64,000 nt of DNA from Rhizodiscina lignyota. Its lineage: Eukaryota. The position numbers were made by a program, and so were the translations under genes. Position 1 is the stretch's first letter, and every line of letters begins with the position of its first letter. The DNA lies in assembly GCA_010015805.1 (NCBI GenBank), contig ML978142.1:1-64000 (forward strand), written 5' to 3'. Shown here piece after piece: positions 60,398 through 64,000 of this stretch. The notes under the pieces are model-generated. The model did not search any database. It was not told the origin of the DNA and worked only from the letters and a program-made list of their open reading frames with translations.

Positions 60398-61458
60398 ATG
60401 GCACCCACAAAAGTTCTTGTCACAGGAGTAACTGGCTTCATTGGTGGCACCATTCTCTCCCATCTCATCTCCTCCCAAAACCCAACAACCAAAAACCTCC
60501 AAATCTCCGTCCTAACCCGCAATGACGACCGCGCAAAGTCCTTCTCCTCCGCCAACCTCAAGGTCTACCTAATCCGTGACCTGGACGACACAGCAGCCAT
60601 CACGGCCGCGGCGTCCGAAAACGACATCGTTATCCACACCGCATCTGGGTACCACACCGGCAGTGCTGAAGCGCTAACCAAAGGCCTCGGAATACGCAAG
60701 CAGCAGAATCCAAACGCGGAAGTGTACTACATCCACACGTCTGGGACGTCTAACCTCGCAGATCGCCCCATCAGCAAGACGTATCTCGAGTCTCGCACCT
60801 TCAGCGACAAGGACCCGGACGTCTACGCGTACTTGCAGAAGCGCGAGGCGACCGAGGCGTATCCGCAGCGTACTACCGACATCGCGGTCGTGGAAACTGG
60901 CAAGAAGGAGGGCGTGCCGACGACAATTATCATGAGCCCCGCGATCTACGGACTTGGTTCGGGCATGTTCAATCGCCTGACGATTCAGTACCCCATCCAA
61001 TGAAATCCGCGTTGAAGGAGGGAAAGGCCGAGTATGTCGGCGACGGGAAAGGCGTGTGGGATTTCGTGCACGTCTTAGATCTCGCGCCGCTGTATGAGAT
61101 TGTCTTGCTCGACTGGGTCGAAGGCAGACGGCGCGTCCCGGCTGGGGAGAGGGCCATCTTGTTCAGCGGCACTGGGTCGTTTGCGTGGAAGGATGTTGCG
61201 GAGAGGATTTCGAAGGCAGGAGTGGAGTTGGGCAATCTCAAAGATGCAGAGACGAGGAGTGTGAGTTTGGCAGAGGCGGCGAGAAAGTGGGTGGGTGGAG
61301 ACGAGCAGTTGTGCGAGCCGGGCTTTGCGAGCAACTCGAGGACGAAGGCGGAGATTGGGAAGGAGTTGGGGTGGAAACCGACGAAGACGAGAGAGGACTG
61401 GGAAGGCTCTTTCCTGGATGAGTTTAGGGAGGTTGTGAAGAAGGCGGAAAAATTGTGA
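60398..61458 (+). pseudogene. NAD-dependent epimerase/dehydratase (atypical SDR) split by a 1-nt frameshift at about 61000
   Basis: VTGVTGFIGG, IHTSGTS, PAIYGLG in ORF 60398-61003, then VWDFVHVLDLAPLY, ASNSRTKA, LGWKP in ORF 61000-61458. The junction is ATCCA-ATGA-AA with no intron. Confidence 0.75.
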
Positions 61459-62184
61459 AGCTGCTGGTAGATACGAATGCCAACAATGTATGGATCAAGC
61501 CGTTTTTGGGGGGTGACAAAATTGGCCGTCGTTCAATCTGGAATGCACAGGCGCGATTAGCTCTCGCACTTCAAGGCGAGCTAGAGCATCTCTGAAAGTT
61601 CGTTCCCACCATCTCTGGAATGTTTATAATAATACCATTCTGTTGGAAACATTATACACTTTACTAGTTCACAAGGCATGTATTATTGCTGTCCCATTGA
61701 CGTTGAAAGGGTTCAGTGCAAACGAGTTCGGCTCTTCAACTCAGGTGAGAGCATCGTCCAATACCCCATGAGACATGTCTGAGCCTGTGTTTGTTAAGGT
61801 TTCGTAGCTTCAATAAACAAAGTCGGGCTTTAATGTAGTGACCGTGCACTTGAACAGCTCGATGTGTTGGAACCAACCTGCTTGTCACTCCTGAGCCTGT
61901 TCAATACACAGGGCTGGGGGCCAACATCACCAATTGAGCACACAGAGATCATTTTTACACCATTAGAATTAATACTGGTTACATTTCGTGCTAAAGTTCC
62001 CTACCAGCCCAAGTCGTACTCGCACAATTAATATCCTCCCAAGTGTCGTCATCCAGACGTTCCACTCATGTCCCAAAGCCAAACCAAAATCAATCCCCTC
62101 ATGATACTTGGCGATTCTGCCAGCCAATTCGTATCCAGTCGTCCCTATCCACGTGATCAAATCCAAACCAACAACGTCCATCCC

Positions 62185-64000
62185 TCACGAAGCACTAGTA
62201 CCCTCGTTACCCTCCTCGATCGTTTCATCGTCGTCCTTTTCGATCCCCTCTTCGATCCTCGACATCGACGCTGCCGGTTCCGACCTGGAGCGTCCCGGTC
62301 TAAACACCTCCCTGATGCCGAGTCCGACGTTGCCCTCTCTCAAGCGATCCAGGAAGTTGGTGCCACTCGAACTCGGCCCTCTACTCAAAATATAGATCCA
62401 GTAATTCTCCCACAGCAAAACATCAACACCAAAGCAAGAAATCCAAATCGGGAAGAGCAAGTATATGCAAAACTCACCCAGCCGGCCCTCCATGGCTCCT
62501 GACCAACCGTCCGCCAGCACTGACTCTCTTCATCAACCGCGCCTCCCGATCCCTCATACTTCCACCGCCTGCATTCAACGACGAAATCACCCCCGGTCCC
62601 GAGAGCTGCTGGGCGTTCGGCAGCGACCCCGGAAGCGCAGCGAGCGCGTCGCCACTGCCGTCCGCGGCACCGTCCATCCTCTGGCCGCTTAGGGCGCCGA
62701 TGCCTCTCCGTCCACTGCGTTGTTCTGCCTTCTGATCGAGGTAGAAGCGCGCGCTTGTGCTGAGGGGAATCGGTGCCGGTTGAGTGGGAAGGTCTGCGCC
62801 ATTGAGGAGGAGGAGTTCTGCGACGGGGAAGGGCTTGCGCATTGCTGGCGTTGGGGGCTGTGGCATGGGCATTTGGCTTGTGCCGGATGGGCTCCTGGCG
62901 TGGCCGGGTGAGCTTGAGCCCGTTGGCGTGGCAGAGCCGGAGGGCGATGCTGGATCTGCGGCGGCGAGAGCGAGGAAGACGGAGTGTGTGTTGCGGGAGC
63001 GGTCGGCCGCGTTGGGGTTTGCGCGGAGGGCGAGGGCGTAGAGAACGTTCTGGATGTCGCTCTTCTTCACGGATGCGAGGAGCGTTTCCTCGGGTGTCGA
63101 GTAGTGGCTCAGGGTGCTGGAGATGGGCTGGACAAACGCGCGCTCCGAGTACTTCGCGGTAATGAACTTCAGCCGCTGCTCCCGTGTTGCAGTCGGCGGT
63201 GGCTTGGTTGTTTGATCGAGTTTGGCCTCCCAGATCATGTTGCTGACGCGGTTACCGATCGTGAGCAGAATTTCGACCACGTCTGGAGTGAAGGCCGTTG
63301 GATCGAGCGTGATGCTACGGACCTTGGAGATGTGCGTGCCGAGAGATCGGTGGATGCCACTGCATTCAATGCAGATGATGATGCCAAGGTTGATAGATAC
63401 CCAATCCACTTTGTCGGTTGCTCCGCAGTCGGCACAGAATGCGTTGCCAGCGTCTGCTTCGCGGATCTGTTTGAGGAGCTTTATTCCAGCCTCTGAAGAT
63501 ACTTCCGGCCTAATGTGGGGTCGGTCGCCGACCGTTGCGTGTCGAGATACGATCTTTGACGCATTTCCGGGTTTGTGATGGCTAGATAATGACGTACTCT
63601 TCCCCGTAAGGACTGAAGCAATGTCTTTTCGGGTCTGACCAGGCAATGAATCGGTGGATATGCGCTCAATCGCGCCCTTGCCCTCGACGGCGCTCTGCAA
63701 TGCGTTGTTGATTGAAGCAATCCAAGTTCTCATGTCCTCTTCAGACGTAGCCTGATACACACGTGTGAATGACGGTGTGATGACCTCGAAGCAAAATCGC
63801 CTCTCAGCATTTCGAGCTTCGCGGACGGACGCAACCCGCAGGTCGATTGGATCCATGTGCAGCTCCAGTTTCTGCTTCCAATTTTGGTATTCGGTTAATT
63901 TCCCTTGGTCAAGAACAATCCAGAACCTGCGCATATCAATTAGGGAGAACAAAAGCGTTTTACTGAGAACAACTTACTTGTGCCATGCTTGCTTGTTCAA
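62185..64000 (-). CDS. ArfGAP with PH domain (centaurin/ACAP, Csx2/Age1-like), 5'-truncated by the window edge; ends at 62474 or, if spliced, 62185
   Basis: PH domain FWIVLDQGKL..RRFCFEVITP..WIASINNAL. ArfGAP zinc finger CADCG..WVSINLG..CIECSGIHRSLGTHISKVRS. Intron at about 63978-63927. Confidence 0.92.

Overview
Eukaryotic DNA from a filamentous ascomycete (Pezizomycotina), judged from short GT-AG introns with CTRAY branch sites, a Zn2Cys6 factor and an AT/TpA-rich RIP-like relic. I can support about 31 protein-coding genes, most with introns, so the ORF track shows them only in pieces. Housekeeping genes: myosin light chain, RanBP1-domain Yrb2/Nup56-like, BRO1, CCT2, SAD1, SOD-fold mitoribosomal protein, and a partial PH-ArfGAP. 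Accessory genes: acid sphingomyelinase-like; a GH47 mannosidase homologue that seems to lack its catalytic acids; a secreted histidine phosphatase; five co-oriented genes (SDR, type II FMO, SDR, SDR, metallo-beta-lactamase-fold hydrolase) that read like an alcohol-to-ketone-to-lactone catabolic module; a methyltransferase; a divergent FAD-monooxygenase/Zn2Cys6 pair; a solitary cis-aconitate decarboxylase homologue; a hybrid-type heme peroxidase; a permuted papain-like protein; and an epimerase split by an ATGA stop/start overlap. Non-coding oddities are two degenerate repeat arrays whose units look like acceptor + 2 nt + donor, and a possible alternative +4 splice donor that switches the RanBP1 protein into a longer overlapping frame. 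Family assignments come from motif recognition by eye; no searches were run. No tRNA, rRNA or CRISPR was recognised.
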